From Rheinheimera sp. (lineage in GTDB: Bacteria > Pseudomonadota > Gammaproteobacteria > Enterobacterales > Alteromonadaceae): DNA of 44,698 nt. The stretch is taken from the NCBI GenBank assembly GCA_041618685.1, contig JBFKFH010000001.1:1-44698 (forward strand), written 5' to 3'. Numbering within the stretch: position 1 is the first letter of the stretch; the number at the start of each line of letters is the position of its first letter. Positions 42,215 through 44,698 of the stretch are shown here, piece by piece. A model generated the notes under the pieces. That model made no database searches. It was not told the DNA's origin and saw nothing but the letters and a program-made list of their open reading frames with translations. Made by a program: the position numbers and the translations under genes.

Positions 42215-43582
42215 TTAGACTGAGAGTCGATAACGGTCAATTTTCTTTATCAGCCCCTGGCGCGATAAGCCCAACAGCCGGGCAGCCTGGCTTTTATTAC
42301 CGCCGGTTTGTGCCAGTGCCTGTTTAATCAGTCGGATTTCCAGGGCCTGCACTGCAACGTCTAGCTGTAAGCTGTCATGTTCTGCCTGAGCCGGCAGTTC
42401 AGACAGGGTCGCGACCGCCTCCGGATGCAGCAAACTGATGTCGGCCATGCTGATCACGCCGCCCTGCGCCACCGCAGCAACACTTTCCAGCGTATTTTTC
42501 AATTCGCGAATATTGCCCGGCCAGTCACGGTGTAAAAACCAGCTTAACGCCGTGCTGTCCAATCGCAATGCCTGATCTTGTTGCCGGGTCAGCTGCTCAA
42601 GAAAAAATTGCAGTAATAGCGGTATGTCCTGCCGTCGTTCGGCCAGTGCGGTTGTTTCCAGCGTGATGCCTTTAATTCTGTAATACAGGTCTTCACGAAA
42701 CTGGCCGGCTTTTACCAATGCCGGCAGATTGGCATTAGTGGCAGAGATGAGCCTGACATCAATTTTTTGCTGCTGGCGCCCACCAACCGGGAAGAACGTA
42801 CCTTCTTGCAATACCCGCAGTAATTTCACCTGCATTGGCAGCGGCATCTCGCCAATTTCATCTAAAAATAATGTGCCCTGATCAGCTAGCTTCAACAAGC
42901 CGGGCCGGTCTTTATCCGCCCCGGTAAAAGCACCCTTTACATAACCGAATAGCTCACTTTCCAATAAGTCTGCCGGTATCGCCCCGCAGTGCACTGAAAC
43001 AAAAGGACGTGCAGCACGCTGGCTTAGCTCGTGCAATGCGCGTGACACTACCTCTTTGCCGGTACCCGACGGGCCGGTAACCAGCACCCTCACGTCAGTA
43101 GGAGCAATGCGCTGAATTAACGTGCGCATCGCTTCTACCGACGCCGATACGCCAATCAGCCGTTGTAAGCCTCCACTGTGATGCTGCTTTAGCTGCTTCA
43201 GCTCTGTGTCCAGCTGGTGCTTATTTAACGCCCGCTTAATTACCACGGCCAGCAAGTCAGGGTCGACCGGTTTGGCGATAAAGTCCCAGGCACCTAATGC
43301 AATGGCATCCAGCGCCAGTTGCCGCTCGGCATGGCCGGTAAGAATAATCACCGGCCGGCTGTTAAATTCTGCCAGCGCCTGCAGTGTATGCTGGGGCTCA
43401 AACTCGGGAGGCAATGACAAATCAAGCAGGATCAAATCTGCATTAAATCGGCTCAGCTGATCCCGGGCGCCAGCTAAATCAGCAGCCGTTTCCACCTGAT
43501 ACCCACTTTGCGTGAGCCAGCTTTGCGCCAACTGACGAAATGCCGGCTCATCATCGACTAACAAAATCCTGCCATTACTCAT
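42215..43582 (-). CDS. Sigma-54-dependent response regulator (NtrC family)
   Basis: REC (ILLVDDE, LLDLSLPP, KP), AAA+ (GPSGTGKE, ESELFG, GAFTGA, FLDEIG, FREDLYYR, WPGNIREL), and a Fis HTH. Start set at ATG 43582, overlapping the kinase stop. Confidence 0.95.
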   Translation of the reverse strand: MSNGRILLVDDEPAFRQLAQSWLTQSGYQVETAADLAGARDQLSRFNADLILLDLSLPPEFEPQHTLQALAEFNSRPVIILTGHAERQLALDAIALGAWDFIAKPVDPDLLAVVIKRALNKHQLDTELKQLKQHHSGGLQRLIGVSASVEAMRTLIQRIAPTDVRVLVTGPSGTGKEVVSRALHELSQRAARPFVSVHCGAIPADLLESELFGYVKGAFTGADKDRPGLLKLADQGTLFLDEIGEMPLPMQVKLLRVLQEGTFFPVGGRQQQKIDVRLISATNANLPALVKAGQFREDLYYRIKGITLETTALAERRQDIPLLLQFFLEQLTRQQDQALRLDSTALSWFLHRDWPGNIRELKNTLESVAAVAQGGVISMADISLLHPEAVATLSELPAQAEHDSLQLDVAVQALEIRLIKQALAQTGGNKSQAARLLGLSRQGLIKKIDRYRLSV

Positions 43583-44698
43583 CTGTGCTGTCCTGTAGAC
43601 TGTGGTTAAACTGCAACTCAAAGCTGACCGGCCAGCCAAGATCGGTGCGGTGGCGGACAACTCCGTCGTGTGCCTGCATTATGCGTCGTACAATTGCCAG
43701 GCCAAGACCACTGCCACCGGTACGTTTACTGACAAAGGGCTGAAACAGGCTGGCACGCTGCTCAGGCGGGATCGCCGGGCCGTTGTTGTGGACATATAAA
43801 TACACGCCGCTGGGGTCGCTATGCGCAGCAAGTTGAATGCAGGCATCGGGCTGGTTACGGCAAAAAGCCAGTGCGTTGTCTATCAGGTTAATCAGCACCT
43901 GTTGCAGCCGGTAGCTATCAACATACAACTGCAACTGCTCAGGCACCGCCAGCTGATAAGCCACCCCCTGCCAGTTTTGCTGATTCAGCACACTTTGCAG
44001 TAATGGTTTAAGCTGCACACTGCTGCGCTGTAACTGCAGCTGACCGGAATAACTTAGCAGGTCAACAATCAGGCGGTCGGCGCGCTTTAATTGCTGCTGT
44101 ATATGCTGACGGGTATCCGCGGCGGTTGTCGCCGCCGCCATCGCAATAATATTCAACGGGTTGCGTAATTCGTGTGCCATTGCCGCCGAAAGCGCGCCCA
44201 GTTCAACCAAATGCTGTTGATCAAGCCGCTTACGCTCAGCTTCGGCCAGTTTCAATGACTGTTCAAGAATGCGGCAGTTACTTAGCAGCAAGGCAGCAAA
44301 TACCTCGCCCTGCAGCCGATAGCCCGGCGTAACATCTTCCCAGCCGCGCAGCTGATAATACCAGCCCTGCTCGTCGCGCAAACACTGGATCTGTAAACCG
44401 CCGTTTGGTGGGTCTGCCCGCCCCAGGCTGACAGTAACGTGCTGACGCAGCTGACCGGACAACAGCCGCCCAGCTAATGCCGCCAGGTCTTCCCAGCTGT
44501 TACATTGCTGCAGTTGCGACCGCCAATGCGCCAGCAACGACTCATTTAATTGCACCCCTGGGTAGATCAGCCGTCGGGCTAACGCAGCTAAAGGCCGGTA
44601 ACAGGCTGCAGATAACAGTAGCAATAACGCAGAGTACAGCCATAATTGACTGGCAGGCACCGCAGCCAGTGCCTGCATACCCAGCTGCCCTAATAAAG
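43575..44698 (-). CDS. Sensor histidine kinase (5' end outside the window)
   Basis: H-box AMAHELRNPL, N-box NLIDNA, F-box LFQPF and G2 GSGLGL; the frame stays open to the window edge. Confidence 0.93.
   Translation of the reverse strand, partial: LLGQLGMQALAAVPASQLWLYSALLLLLSAACYRPLAALARRLIYPGVQLNESLLAHWRSQLQQCNSWEDLAALAGRLLSGQLRQHVTVSLGRADPPNGGLQIQCLRDEQGWYYQLRGWEDVTPGYRLQGEVFAALLLSNCRILEQSLKLAEAERKRLDQQHLVELGALSAAMAHELRNPLNIIAMAAATTAADTRQHIQQQLKRADRLIVDLLSYSGQLQLQRSSVQLKPLLQSVLNQQNWQGVAYQLAVPEQLQLYVDSYRLQQVLINLIDNALAFCRNQPDACIQLAAHSDPSGVYLYVHNNGPAIPPEQRASLFQPFVSKRTGGSGLGLAIVRRIMQAHDGVVRHRTDLGWPVSFELQFNHSLQDSTDE

Overview
Core-genome window of a ~50-53% GC gammaproteobacterium. Gene content and order suggest the Rheinheimera/Arsukibacterium/Alishewanella group (inference). 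In order: partial secA, dciA (DUF721), the complete minus-strand dcw cluster (mraZ-rsmH-ftsL-ftsI-murE-murF-mraY-murD-ftsW-murG-murC-ddl-ftsQ-ftsA-ftsZ-lpxC), and a ~7.5 kb accessory block between mraZ and rnpB. Then come rnpB, rsmI, lpoA-yraN-diaA-like-dolP, DUF599, rarD, a yigI-like thioesterase, recQ, a cytochrome c, a 7TM-DISM/PAS/GGDEF/EAL protein, a YkgJ-family protein, an MDR oxidoreductase and a partial sigma-54 two-component pair. The best candidate for an under-described system is the accessory block. It encodes a MurR/RpiR regulator, an L-Ala-D/L-Glu epimerase, an exported SH3/NlpC-P60 gamma-D-Glu-mDAP peptidase and a divergent TonB-dependent receptor. A GGAAT-N5-ATTCC-type palindrome recurs in both of its promoter regions, which suggests a regulon for scavenging exogenous peptidoglycan peptides, placed directly upstream of the cell-wall synthesis operon. 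Other points: an apparently doubly degenerate GGDEF-EAL membrane sensor, a palindrome about 60 bp upstream of the dcw promoter, a structured TBDR 3' UTR and a mini-ORF coupled to secA. No mobile elements, CRISPR arrays, tRNAs or rRNAs were seen. All calls come from reading motifs by eye; no database searches were run.
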